Origin: Chiloscyllium plagiosum
Taxonomy: Eukaryota
Length of the DNA stretch: 64,000 bases
Assembly (NCBI RefSeq): GCF_004010195.1
Contig: NC_057718.1
Span: 9,029,664-9,093,663, forward strand
Direction: 5' to 3'
A program made the position numbers and the translations under genes. Positions 11,141-23,900 of the stretch are shown piece after piece (the stretch's first letter is position 1; every line of letters begins with the position of its first letter). The notes beneath the pieces were generated by a model that saw only the letters and a program-made list of their open reading frames with translations, ran no database searches and was not told the origin of the DNA.

Positions 11141-12534
11141 CCCTGGTGAAAGGGAGGGCAGCAGTGCTAACCACCAAGCCACCAGGAACAGAAACAGCCA
11201 CAGGTCAATGTCATCATTGGAAAACGTATTGAACAAATGTTGGAGGCAAATAGTTAATGGGTGCTTTGCCCTTTTCTGTCCGGCCCTGTCCCTGTCCATC
11301 CTCAGGTTCTGTTTAGGCCCCCCCACCGCCGACTCAAGAGACAATAAGCCCTACAGTATGAAGCAGATACAACAAACACCCCACAATGTGCTCTTCCAGC
11401 ATTTTCATTAACGAAATAATGATGTAATCCCCCCATCTGCTTATAATTACTTTCACAGTAGGGAACCTGGCAGGGGGAAGTGATGTCAGTGAGGCTGAAC
11501 CTATGGCTGAGGAGATCATAAGCGATTCTTTCAGCTGCTTGATTGATTGCATGCTTCTCGTTGCAATAATAACAGCTTTTGTTCGAGAGAGAGAGAGAGA
11601 GAGAGAGAAAGAGTGGTGTTGGTGGAGAGGGGGGTTGGTGGGAAGAAGAAAAATCTCGATAAACCCATTTCAGTCCAAAGCAAGTCCTTGGGGGATGGTG
11701 TCAATTCACAAGTGGTTGTAAGATAACACTCTGTGTTAAAGAGCAGTGCCTGATCGGGCCAGTGATTATATTCCAGGTGCTGCCAGCGATACTTTTGCTC
11801 TTTGTCAGAAACCCCAGACACTGGGGGTACTGGGAACAGCTGTGATTACCCATCAGATAATGCAGCAGCCCATCATTAGATTATCGCAGGGATTCAATGC
11901 TTGTGGTAGTCATCTTATTACTTGAGTTTAAACTGGCAGTTTGTCAGCATGCCACATCCCAGGATAGAACTTCAGTGTCTCTTTGTCTGCACTTATTACA
12001 AACAGCACTCTGATGGAGACCCATGGGAAATGATGCCTGTTTGAATCGATGATACATTTAATGAATGACAATTCTTTGGAACAACACATGTATAAAAGTA
12101 GCTCGCCTGAAAAATGATTTTAATTTTGGGCTGCATTTATCACTTTTTTTAAAAAAGCTATGTTTCTTGGCCATACTTGTGCAGTGCATTTTTTAAAATT
12201 TATAGCTTGGGAAGGAAGTACCATTTAACACATAATCTTCCTCTGCTATTAGTCCCAGTGCTGATTAAGAAAGTAATATGTAGATCTCTGGGTACTAAAG
12301 GGACATGAGAAGAGAACAGGAGTATGGAGTTGAATGGTGGGGCAGCCTCTGTGGGCTGAATGGCTTATTCATCTTATCTTTTATTCTATTTTTGGTGTTA
12401 AACATCCATTGTGGACACATTTCTAAGGTGTTGAAGATGAGAGAAAGTCTCATCAAAGTGGGACGGAAGCTAACTCACTCATATCAACTCATGAATATGA
12501 CAGAGAGAGAAACACATTTCTCTACGTCCAAAGT

Positions 12535-13150
12535 TACTTTTCCTTGGCTGGTCCAGCATTTATTGCCCGTTCCCTAATTGCCCCTTGACAAGGTGGGGGT
12601 GAGCTGCCTTCTTGAACCCCTGCAGTCCACCTGCTGTGGGTTGACTCACAATGCCACTAAGGAGGGAATTCCACGACTTTGACCCAGCCACAGCGAAGGA
12701 ACTGCGATATATTTCCAAGTCAGAATAGCGAGTGACTTGGAGTGGAATTTGCAGGGGGTGGTGTTCCCATTGTACCTGCTACCTTTGTCCTTCTAGTGGC
12801 TTTGAGTTTGGAAAGTGCTGTCTTAGAACTTTGGTGAATTTCTTTAATCTTGTACATGGTGCACATTGCTGCTACTGAGCATCGGTGATGGAGGGAGTGA
12901 ATGTTTGCGGATCTGGTGCCAATCAAGTGGGCTGCTTTATCCTGGATGGTGTTGAATTTCTTGAGTGTTGTTGGAGCTGCCCCCATCTAGGCAAGTGGGG
13001 AGCATTCCATCTCACTCCTGACATGTGCCTTGTAGATGGTAGACAGGTTTTGGGTGAATTACTCGCCGCTGTATTCCTAGCCTCTGACCTGCTCTTGTGG
13101 CCACAGTATTTATAGGGTGAGTCCAGTTGAGCTTCTGGTCAATGGATCCA
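12535..13150 (-). mobile_element. Older CR1/L2-superclade LINE 3' fragment
   Basis: TTLKKFNTIQDKAAHLIG...SLHHRCSVAA motif; matches 29460-29900. Confidence 0.75.
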
Positions 13151-13941
13151 GGATATAGATATCACAGTCTCTTAGATATTTTCTCAACAAGCTGCTGAGG
13201 GATTTTATTACACATCTCTGGACAGGTAGGACTTGAACCCAGTCCTCCTGGTCCATGGGTAATGATGCTACCACGGTGCCACAAGCCTTTGATTCAGAGG
13301 CAAACTGGCCCTGGAGAAGTCAATCTGCTCCACCAAGTTCTCGAACAGGTCCACCCTGAGGTACTGCCCTCAATGAGTCTTACCCCTCTGGATTTCAGAG
13401 GGTGCTGGTGGAAACCAATGGTTCCCACCCAATACTTTCTCTGGGAAAGTGTGGGAGTGGGAGTTTCAAATTGGTCTTGTCTGTCAGAAGAATATGGCTC
13501 CAGTTCCCAAGGCCCTCAACATTTTAGCTGGCCTGATGTTTCAGAACACATTTGAGGGAGTATTGTCATGTTCAAGATTCTGTCGCTCAGGTGCATGCCA
13601 GCTGGAATCGCGATCAGCCTCTTTGAACAAGTTGTGAACGATCCCAGGGCACTGTGCAAGTTGTCCTGATTGACATAATGGCACGTGGTGACATTGGAGA
13701 GCCATTGGCAAGGTTGCCCTTTCTGCCCAGCCCTAGCCCAACATGTCTCATTGCTGTTTGGGATCTTGCTTTGCATAGGCCTCACTGTTTCTTTACTCCT
13801 TCATAAAGAAAGAATCACTTGCTTTTAAATAGCATCTTCCATGACTACAGGCACTTCACAACCAGCTGAGGTACAGCAAACTGATGGGCACCTTAGAAAC
13901 CACCACTCTCAATACACTGGCAAAAATTGCACATGTCAAAA

Positions 13942-16900
13942 AGAGTCATAAAGCACGGGAAGCAGACCCTTCGGTCCAACTCATCCATGCTGATCAGATA
14001 TACCAACCTCATCTAGTCCCACTTGCCAGCACCCGGCCCATATCCCTCCAAACCCTTTCTATTCATATACCCATCCAGATGCCTTTTAAATGCTGCAATT
14101 GTACCAGCCTCCACCACTTCCTCTGGTAGCTCATTCCATACACGTACCACCCTCTGCATGAAAAAGTTGCCCCTCAGGTTCAATTTATATCTTCCCCCTC
14201 TCACCCTAAACCCATGCCTTCTAGTTCTGGACTCCCCGACCCCAGGGAAAAGACTTTACCCATTTATCCTATCCATGCCCCTCATGATTTTGTAAACCTC
14301 TGTAAGATCATCCCTCAGCCTCCGACGCTCCAGGGAAAACAGCTCCAGCCTATTCAGCCTCTCCCTGTAGCTCAGATCCTCCAACTCTGGCAAAATTCTT
14401 GTAAATCTTTTCTGAATCCTTTCAAGTTTCACAACATCCTTCCAATAGAAAGGAGATCAGAGTTGCAAGCAATATTCCAAAAGTGGCTGAACCAGTGTCC
14501 TGTATAGCCACAACATGACCTTCTAACTTCTATGCTCAATGCTCTGACCAATAAAGGAAAGCATACAAACACTTTCTTCACTATCCTATCTACCTGCGAC
14601 TCCACTTTCAAGGAGCTATACACCTGCACTCCTAGGTCTCTGTTCAGCAACACTCCATAGGCCTGTTATACCATTAAGTGTATAAGTCCTGCTCTGATTT
14701 GGTTTTCCAAAATGCAGCACTTCACATTTATCTAAACTAAACTCCATCTGCCACACCTCAGCCCATTGGCCCATCTGGTCAAGATCCTGTTGTACTATCA
14801 GGTAACTATCTTCGCTGTTCACTACACCTCTAATTTTGGTGTCATCTGCAAACTTACTAACTATACTTCCTATGTTCACAATCAAATAATTTATGTACAT
14901 GACAAAAAACAGTGGACTCAGCACCGATCCTTGTTGTACACACTGGTCACAGGCCTCCAGTCTGATAAACAACCCTCCACCACCACCCTCTGTTTTCTAC
15001 CTTTGAGTCAGTTCTGTGTTCAAATGGCTCATTCTCCCTGTATTCCATGAGATCTAACCTTGCTAGCCAATCTATCATGGGGAACCTTGTTGAATGCCTT
15101 ACTGATGTCCATATAGATCATGTCCACCCTCATCAATCCTCTCTGTAATTTCTTCAAAAAACTCAATCAAGTTTGTGAGACATGATTTCGCATGCACAAA
15201 GCCATGTTGACTATCCCTAATCAGTCCTTGCCGTTCCAAATACATGTAAATTCTGTCCCTCAGGATTCCCTCCAACAAATTGCCCACCACCGAAGTCAGG
15301 CTCACCGGTCTATAGTTCCCTGGCTTGTCCTTACCACCTTTCTTAAATAATGGTGCCATGTTAGTCAACCTCCAGTCTTGTGGCATGTTACCTGTGACTA
15401 TTGCTAATACAAATATCTCAGCAAGGGGCCCAGCAATCACTTCCCTAGCTTCCCACAGAGTTCTCGGGTACACCTGATCAGGTCCTGGGGATTTATCCAC
15501 CTTTACCCATTTCAAGACATCCAACACTTCCTCCTCTGTAATATGGATGTTTTTCAAGATGTCACCATCCATCTCCTTGCATCCTATATCTTCCATATCC
15601 ATCTCCATAGTAACACTGATGCAAAATACTCGTTTAGTATCTCCCCCACGTCCTGCCGTTCTACACAAAGGCTGCCTTGCTGATCTTTGAGGGGCCCTAT
15701 TCTCTTCCCAGTTACCCTCTTGTCCTTAATGTATTTATGAAAACCCCTTGGGTTCTCCTTAACTCTATTTGTCAAAGCTATCTCATGTCCCCTTTTTGCC
15801 CTCCTGAGTTCTCTCTTAAGTATACTCCTACTGCCTTTATACTCTTTTAAGGATTCTCTAGCTCTCTCCTGTCTATAGCTATGCTTCCTTCTTTTTCTTA
15901 ACCAAACCCTCAATTTCTTTAGTCATCCAGCATTCCCTATACCTACCAGCCTTTCCCTTCACCCTGACAGGAGTATACTTTCTCTGGACCCTCATTATCT
16001 CATTTCTGAAGGCTCCCCATTTTCCAGCCGTCCCTTTACCTGCGAACATCTGCGCCCAATCAGCTTTTGAAAGTTCTTGCCCAATACCATCAAAATACAC
16101 CTTCCTCCAATTTAGAACTTCAACTTTTAGATCTCGTCAATCGTTTTCCATCACTATTTTAAATCTAATAGGGTTATGGTCGCTGGCCCCAAAGTGCTCC
16201 CCCACTGACACCTCAGTCACCGTCCTGCCTTATTTCCCAAGAGTAGGTCAAGTTTTGCACCTTCTCTGGTAGGTACATCCACATACTGAATCAGAACATT
16301 TTCTTGTACACACTTAACAAGTTCCTCTCCATCTAAACCCTTAACACTATGGCAGTCCCAGTCTGTGTTTGGAAAGTTAAAATCCCTGACCATAATCTCC
16401 CTATTATTCTTACAGGTAACTGAAACCTCCTCACAAATGTATTTCTCAATTTCCCTCTGACTATGAGGGGGTCTATTATACAATCCCAAAAAGATGATCA
16501 CCCCCTTCAGTTCCACCCAAATAACTTCCCTCAATGTATTTCCAGGAATATCCTCCCTCAGCACAGCTGTAATGCTATCCCTTATCACTCCCCCTCCTCT
16601 TTTGCCTCCCTTTCTGTCCTTCCTGTAACATTTGTATCCTGGAACATTAAGCTGCCAGTCCTGTCCATCCCTGAGACAGGTTTCTGTAATTGCTATGATA
16701 TCCCAGTCCCATGTTCCTAACCATGCCCTGAGTTCATCTGCCTTCCCTGTTAGGCTCCTTGTATTGAAATAAATGCAGTTTAATTTATTAGTCCTACCTT
16801 GTCTCTGCCTGCCCTGACTGTTTGACTCTCTTCTGTTCTCAACTGTACCAGTGTCAGATTGATCTTTTCCCTCACTATCTCCCTGGGTCCCACCACCATC

Positions 16901-17282
16901 CCCCCCACCTTACTAGTTTAAATCCTCCCAAGCAGTTCTATCAAAATCTCCCTCCCAGTATATTAGTTTCTTTCCAATTTGGGTGCAATCCGTCCTTCTT
17001 GTACAGCTCACTTCTACCTCAGAAAAGATTCCAATGATCCAAAAATGTGAACCCTTCACCCATACACCACACACATTCATCTGCTCTATCCTCCTATTCC
17101 TGCCCTCACTAGCTTGCAGCACCGGGAGTAATCCAGATATTACTACTCTCGAGGAATTCCTTTTTAAATTCCTACCTAACTTTCATTATTCTTCCTTCAG
17201 AATCTCATCCTTTTCCCTTCCTATGTCATTGGTTCCAATGTGTACATTGACCTCCTGCTGGTCCCTCTCCCCCTTGAGAACA
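13942..17282 (-). mobile_element. Long decayed CR1 LINE (ORF1 esterase C-terminal part, ORF2 EN+RT, 3' UTR)
   Basis: Fragmented ORFs: DFNFPNTDW (EN), KSPGPDQVYPR, NYRPVSLTSV, QHGF, QGSVLSP, KFADDTKI; many frameshifts and stops. Confidence 0.95.
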
Positions 17283-17744
17283 GTCTGTGAAGTTTACTGT
17301 ATATATCGCAATCTCCTAGTTGTCGGTTGAGGATGAGAGTAAGAAGGCTGTCTGCTGCTAAGTTTTATTTCAGGCAAAGTTGCATGATTATTTATTGATT
17401 AATTGATTGATTGATTTATTATCATGTGTATTGAAATACAGTGAAAAGCTTTGTTTGTGAGCCATACAGGCAGATCATAGGAAGCAAGGATGTACAGATC
17501 AGAAAGACTAGGACATACAAACAGGTTATATCGGAAAGAATGTGCACTAGGGCAGAGTAACACTAACAAATTTAAGTGATTGATGGTGTAAATAAAATAT
17601 GACAGTAATGTGTATACACCTGCATTATGTTTGTGTGTGTTTTAACATTGATTATATGGCCCTCTTGATTAACCGGAATATTTGATCAACCTGTACATTC
17701 CTGTTCCATAGATGCCAGTAAGTAAAAGGTTTACAGTATTTCTG

Positions 17745-18060
17745 ATGTATAGTAACTGATGTAACATTGGAGACAGAGCAACCAATTTGTAAACAGCAAG
17801 TTCCCGCAAATTGCGATGTGATAATCACGTGTTTCTGTGATGTTGGACAAATATTGGCCAAGTCACTGAGGGTAACTCTACTGCTCTCCTCCAACCAAAC
17901 CGTTTATATTCACCTGAGAGACCAGCTGGGGGCCTGAAAGACAGTGCCGCTGAATGTGTAACACTGCCTCACCGTGCTGCAGGCAGGCGCCAGCCTTGAT
18001 CTTTGTCCAGAGTGAGATCTGGACTCTGATACCAAGACTGTGACCAACCGAGCTGCAGCT
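17745..18060 (-). mobile_element. DeuSINE (SacSINE1/AmnSINE-like) remnant
   Basis: Resembles, from memory, the Deu domain in reverse (CAGCAAGTTCCCGCAAA...AAATATTGGCCA...TTCACCTGAGAG). Related fragments at about 36980-37085 and 63680-63760. Confidence 0.55.
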
Positions 18061-18828
18061 AAAACAGAAAGACATCTCCACGGCAGCAACACTTCAAACG
18101 TAAGGCTTCAGCTGGAAAGTTCATAAGAACAACCTGTTCGAATTAAATTGTACTTTAGGAAGGCAAGCACTTCCGAAGGGTTGACAAGTGAGTGAACAGA
18201 AAAAAGCATTTGAGACATCCTGTTGGAAATATATGCAAGGGAAGAGTGGGATGAATAATTCAGGGAGGGATTTCCAACCCAGAGTAAAAGAATTGGACTG
18301 ACAGCACCTGCAGAGAGAGAAACCGGGTTCACATTACAACTCCACTCCTTCAGAACTCCAGCTTTCTTGCAAATCTGAAGAAGAGTCATACCTGTTGAGA
18401 CATTAACTCTGTATTTCTCTCTCCACAAATACTGCCAGGCCTGCTGAGTTTCTCTGTGTTTGTTAAAGATCAGGGCTGTCTGTAGAGCATTTAATTGTCA
18501 GGATTCGATAATGACCCGAAAGCATCATTTTTCACAATGCTCACACTCGCAAGGCTTTGAAGTTTCGATGCTGCCTTCATTGCATTTTACTTCAGGCTGC
18601 TTTGAAGTTGTTGCGATGTTAATTATATGAGACACGCAGATGTTAGGTAGGATACAGGGGAAGGGGGAGAGAGCTCAGCAGGAAATACTGTGATCTTACA
18701 GGACTTTGGCAACAATGGTAGCAGAAATCGTTTGTTCTGTTCTTTCACAGATGGTTGCATCGTTGGCAAGGCCTGTGTTTGTTACCCATCTCTCATTTAC
18801 CCTTACGAAGATGATGGTGGGTCACCTC

Positions 18829-19463
18829 TGCTATGGACCAGGCCAGACCCCCTCAAAACATTTCAAGAAAGTAGCCCGGACTCTAACTTTGCTAGTTGTT
18901 TTAAACAGGTGTAACGCAAATATTCCAGGTGGGATACAGTTGGTGAAATTTTAAACAAAACAGAATTTATTTACAAGATTACCGAATGAAACACAAAGAG
19001 AATAGAATACAGAATAACTTAACCAATCCGAAAACCCGACAGATTATCCTGCATTAATGATGCTGGCCCAAATACTTGCAACAATGCCCATAAACACCCG
19101 TTGGCACAATAAGAAAAATCAATCCCAGGGTCTTACAGGAGACATGTCAGAGAGAGAGAGAGAGAGAGATAGTACGAACCTGGACGTGCTTCTGAGCGAC
19201 CAGCAGCTTTTCCCACACTACTGTTCAAAACCAAACCAAACCCGAACCAGAGAAAAGCTGAGCTGCAAGAACTGGCCATTCCCCTCTCATTGTACAGGTT
19301 TTTTTTACTTAAAAGCCCGTTGCCTGAGGCAGTATCTGTTAGCTATTATCAGACTGGCCCTAAAACCCTTCAATCCCAGACGTTTCGAAGTCTGTGCCTT
19401 TTACGATCTTTCTGAAAAAAATCAAAGACGATGTCACCTTGTTAAAGGAGCAGCATCATCACA
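18829..19463 (-). mobile_element. Solo LTR (Gypsy-like or ERV), 635 bp
   Basis: TG...CA termini; perfect 4-bp TSD CCTC (18825-18828, 19464-19467); end homologous to 51700-52312. Confidence 0.85.
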
Positions 19464-19584
19464 CCTCCCCCCATTGGACTGCTGCAGTGTCAGAATCTCA
19501 TTAATGTTCCTTAAGGAGCCCTGTGAGATTGTTCATGCTAATGCTTTAAGATCTCCTCTGAAAGGCCCAGTCTCTGGCAAACGA

Positions 19585-20310
19585 GAGGTGGTAGTGTAGT
19601 GGTAATGTTGTTGGGCTTGTAAACCCAAACCATCCAAGGCTAAGGTTTTGGGGACACAGGTTTGAATCCCACCATGGCAGAAATTTGAATTCATTAAAAA
19701 TCTGGAATTACAGATAGACAAAAGCAGCTAAAGGTGACCATGTAACCATCTGAGCGGGGGTCAACCAATCACTGTAATCATGACTGATTTGGACAGCAAG
19801 GTGACTCAGTAGTTAACTCTGCTGCCTCATGGCGCCAGGGACCTGGGTTCAATTCCAGCCTTGGGAAACTGTCTGTGCAGAGTTTGCACGTTTTCGCTGT
19901 GTCTGCGTGGGTTTCCTCCCACAATCTAAAAATGTGCAAGTTAGGTGGATTGGCCATGCTAAATTGCCCATAGTGTTCAGGGATGTGAGCAGTAGTCAGG
20001 GGTAAATGAAGAGTAATAGGGTAGGGGAATGGGTCTGGGTGGGTTACTCTTTGGAATGTTGGTGTGGTCTTGTTGGGTCAAACAGCCTGTTTCCACACTG
20101 TGTGGTTTCTATAACTGCTCATCCAACTCAGTACCCTGTTCGTGGCTCCTATCCTTTAATTCCTTTAGCCCTGATTATTGCAAAACCCCATTTCAGTCAC
20201 CAATGTATTTCAGGGAAGGAACTCTGCCTTTTATCCGGTCTGAGTCTACATTAACCTCCACACTCACAGCAATGGGGTTGTCTCTTCGCTGCTCTCTGCG
20301 CAATAAGTGA
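19585..20310 (+). mobile_element. tRNA-derived SINE remnant interrupted by a diverged HE1 SINE (about 19790-20110)
   Basis: A/B-box-like head (GTAGTGGTAATG...GGTTTGAATCCC); related copy at about 49275-49500; nested HE1 V-domain and tail. Confidence 0.6.
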
Positions 20311-20969
20311 ATAATGGCCTAACCACCGACAGCAACACTCCTTCTACCCTGCAGTGAAATGTCAGTCTGGATTGTGTGTGTAAGAACTGGGATTTGTAAT
20401 CTGCTGACTCCAAGACAATATCATCGCTTGAACATTTTCCCCACTCTGAAGTTATTCTTATAAATTGCAACCATCGGCTTTACACAAACTGTGCCAAGTT
20501 GAATAGGGTTCTCTTTTCAGTCTAATTGTTATGACCAAATGCTGCCATTACCAGTCTCCTCCAGTGCCAAGTCGAGAACTCTACAGATGTAGAACTTTTC
20601 CAATTGCAGCTGTTTACTTTTTAACAAAAAGCTAGTGCTTCCAATTAAACCTGTTAGACTATAACCTAGTGTTGTGTGATTTTTAATTTTTTAACACATG
20701 TGCCAGTCCAGAGGTACAGACATTTGTTGGCAATTGAATGTAGGGTAGATAGTTTCCCATCAGTCAGAAGTTGGAACCACCTTCACTGCTTCATCAATGG
20801 CCTTCCCTCTGTCATAAGGTCAGAAGTGGGGATGTTCACCGATGATTGCAGAATGTTCGGTACCATCCGCGACTCCTCAGATATTGAAGCAGCCCATGTT
20901 CAAATGCAACAAGATCTGAACAATATCCAGACCTGGGCAAGTAACATTCACGCCAAGTAAACGTCAGGG

Positions 20970-21103
20970 GATTCCTGATGAAGGGCTTTTGCCCGAAATG
21001 TCGATTTTTCTGCTCCTCGAATGCTGCCTGAACTGCTGTGCTTTTCTAGCACCACTCTAATCTTGACTCTAACCTCCAGCATCTGCGATATCCACCTCCA
21101 CCT
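20970..21103 (+). mobile_element. PLE pLTR family A with hammerhead motif
   Basis: CUGAUGA 20975-20981, GGGC-UUUU-GCCC, GAAA 20995-20998, UG-UC; inserted in a LINE fragment. Confidence 0.8.
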
Positions 21104-21202
21104 AAATGCCATGGAATGACTATTTCAATAAGAAGCGATCTAACCGCTCCCCCTTGATATTTTATGGTGTTACCATTTCTGAATTCCTCACTATCGACAT
21201 CA

Positions 21203-22165
21203 TTAGCTGCAATTTCCACCCCTCCAGCAGGATGCCACTACTAGACACTTATTCCCCTCCCCTCCTTTGTCAGCCTTCCACTCCCTCCAGTACACCCTGG
21301 TCCACTCCCCTTTCCCTCCAACAGCCACTCCCGCCTCACCCCACAGCCCGACAGCACCTTCCCCTGCAATGCAGAAGATGTAACACCTGCCCGTTTAACT
21401 TCCTCCCTCCTCAGTATCCAAGGGCCCAAACACACCTTCCAGGTGAAGCAGCACTTTACCTGCACTTCCTTCAATCTATTTACTGATTCACTGCTCGCAA
21501 CATGGTCTCCTCTCCACTGGGGAAATGAAGCTCAGACTGGGTGACTGTTTTGCAGAACAGCTGTGTTCTGCCCACAAAAAAAAAGACCCTGAGCTTCCAG
21601 TTGCCTGCCACTTTAACATCCCACACTGTTCCCCAGCCAATATCCCTGTCTGAGGCTTGTTGCAGTGTTCCAGTGAAGCTCAGCACAAGCTGGAAGAACA
21701 GCACCTTATTTTCCACTTGGGGAATCTCCAGCCTTCTGCACTCAATATCGAGTTCAACAATGTTAGGGCTTGAGACACCTTCTCCCATGCCCTTAATCTA
21801 ACCCTGATACACCAGGCTTCATTATCACATGGGCTGCTATCACATACAACCCATTGTTAGCCACTAACAGTTCCCATTAGTCACTATTCATTCTCCCAGC
21901 CTGATCATTACCCACTCCTTTGTCTGTCCAACTGTTCTTCTCTCTCATTGGGCTCTATCCCTACCTATTGTTTATTCCTTATCTCCTATCTTCTGTTTAA
22001 AAACCAACCTTTTCCGAGCTGCCATCAGTTATGAAAGAGGGTCACTGGACGCGAGACGTTGACTCTGATTTTTCTCCATGGATGCTGCCCGACCTGCTGA
22101 GCTTTTCGAGCGATTTCTATTTTTGTTTCTGATTTACAGCATTCGCAATTCTTTCGGTTTTTTAC
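21203..22165 (+). mobile_element. Penelope-like element (Neptune-type) 3' remnant: Cys linker, GIY-YIG endonuclease, pLTR family E
   Basis: Frameshifted TFPCN-RRCNTCPF, FQVKQHFTCTS, HCSQHGLLSTGE-K-RLGD-FAE; pLTR with decayed hammerhead at about 22029-22062. Confidence 0.8.
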
Positions 22166-23320
22166 AAAAATGAGGCTATTTCATTTTGGGCTTACAGAAG
22201 CTGTTAGATTATTGTTTGCAAGGGAATTAAGTCCTGTGGATGTCCATCTAATAATGGCCTCCAATATTGTTTGAATGTGCTGTTCTTCAGAGTCATATCA
22301 TCTTGGCATTGGTTTGCTAAACATCTGGATATGAATTGCTCCATCACTGATGGTCAGCTGCCGAGATCCAAATCTTTGGAATTTCCTCCCTAAATATCCC
22401 TGCCTTTCTACTTCACTCTAAGGAGCATCGTAAAATCCAAAACTTTGTCCAGGTATTCCGCCTCTACCACAGTATCTCCGCATATAGCTCAATGTCAAAC
22501 TCTGATATTTAACACTCCCATAAAATCAATGTCTGTCACTTTGGCTTTGTAGCTAATGAGCAAGTGAGGAAACTGAGCCACTATATTACATCAAAGATAT
22601 CATATAAATGCAAGTTATGTAGTTGGATTCCTTCTGGAGTCACTCTATTGATATTAATTCCAGGCAAAGTAAAATAAAAGAGAAATTTGCTTACAGTGAC
22701 ACTATTCATCTCTGCTAGAATGAAAAGGATTGGGAGCTGCCCCACCAAACATACCAGGAAATCAGAAAATCTGGTGGCCTAAGACCTTTTTCTACAATTA
22801 GTTGTCTTATTTAGCAGTCATTCACTCATTGCTCTTTATCACTGGCCTTGCTGTAGAGTGAGTTGGGACTTCTGTTTGCTATAGTTCACAGGGATTAGTT
22901 TAAATACTTCTGTTGATTCTGCTTGGCTGGATGGGGAGGGAGGGTGGGGTCTGTGAGAATAAATTGATGCTGACCGCATGGGGCTTGCATTCTCTATTCT
23001 AGCTGGAGGAGGATCTGGGAGCTAGCTCCTTCCCTTGCCCTTGGTGGGAGTTATGTGCTACAGGTTGACCTGCTATTGGGCAGAGAACAGAGGAAGATAA
23101 TTTACTGCAATGCATTGTTTCAATAGACAAGGTAGATTGCTTGCTTTGGTGTGCTGTTTAAATAGACACTGTAGACAGTTTGGAGTTTAAATAGACAGTA
23201 TCGACAGTTTGGTGTTTAAATAGACTGTGTAGACTATTTGGTGTTTAGATTCTGTAGACTGTTTGGTATTTAAATATCACACAACACCAGGTTATAGTCC
23301 AACAAGTTTAATTGAAAACA

Positions 23321-23355
23321 CACTAGCTTTCGGAGCGTTGCTCCTTCATCAGGTG
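23321..23355 (-). ncRNA. Minimal hammerhead ribozyme motif (family B)
   Basis: CAC-CUGAUGA-A-GGAGC-AAC-GCUCC-GAAA-GC-UA-GUG; stems I and II fully paired. Confidence 0.8.
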
Positions 23356-23393
23356 ATAGTGGAGGGCTCAAAGTGGATTGAGTCCTCCACTAC

Positions 23394-23428
23394 CCCCTGA
23401 TGAAGGAGCGTCGCTCCGAAAGCTAGTG
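23394..23428 (+). ncRNA. Minimal hammerhead ribozyme motif (family B)
   Basis: CUGAUGA 23397-23403, GGAGC-GUC-GCUCC, GAAA 23418-23421, GC-UA-GUG; one stem I mismatch. Confidence 0.72.
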
Positions 23429-23900
23429 TGCTTCCAATTAAACCTGTTGGACTATAACCTGGTGTGGTGTGATTTTTAACTTTGTACACCCCAGTCCAAC
23501 ACCGGCATCTCCAAATCATGGTGTTTAAATAGGTTGTGTAGACTGTTTGGTGTTTAAGTAGACACTGTAGACTGTTTCGTTTTTAAATAGACTCCGTAGA
23601 CTGTTTGGTGTTTAAATAGACTGTGTAGACTTGTTCAAATAGACTGTTTAGACTGTTTGGTAAATTATGCTGTTTCAATAGACTCTGTTTAATTATACTC
23701 TGCAGATGGCTTTCTGTTCTGCACGGTTTAAATATATTCAGTAGACTGTAGCATGCTATTTAAATAGACCCTGCAGTCTGCAGTGTGCTGTTTGAATAGA
23801 CTCAGTAGACTGTTTCCCGTGTAATGCTGTTTAAATAGGCTCTGAGGATAGTTAGCTGTAGTGTACTATCTACGTGGACTCTATTGTAAGGTGTATTCAG

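Larger units (their letters stand above)
23275..23520. mobile_element. Palindromic PLE pLTR family B insertion with hammerheads on both strands
   Basis: About 95-bp inverted arms around a short loop near 23371-23378, plus an extra tail on the right arm only. Confidence 0.9.
23155..23880. repeat. About 29-bp minisatellite (GTGTTTAAATAGACTGTGTAGACTGTTTG), decaying rightwards
   Basis: Head-to-tail units on both sides of the 23275-23520 insertion. Confidence 0.9.

Noticed and set aside
13942..17282. Intact or domesticated reverse transcriptase gene
   Set aside because: Multiple frameshifts and stops in this and all other LINE/PLE copies; no intact ORF in the window.
19057..19599. 180-aa ORF
   Set aside because: Lies mostly within a solo LTR including a GA microsatellite; no protein motif.
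23275..23520. Viroid-like / retrozyme circular RNA replicon
   Set aside because: Hammerheads are in inverted rather than tandem-direct arrangement, so no unit-length RNA would be excised from one strand; a PLE pLTR origin explains them.
23155..23880. CRISPR-like array (29-bp repeats)
   Set aside because: Units are contiguous without unique spacers, there are no cas genes, and the context is vertebrate; it is a minisatellite.
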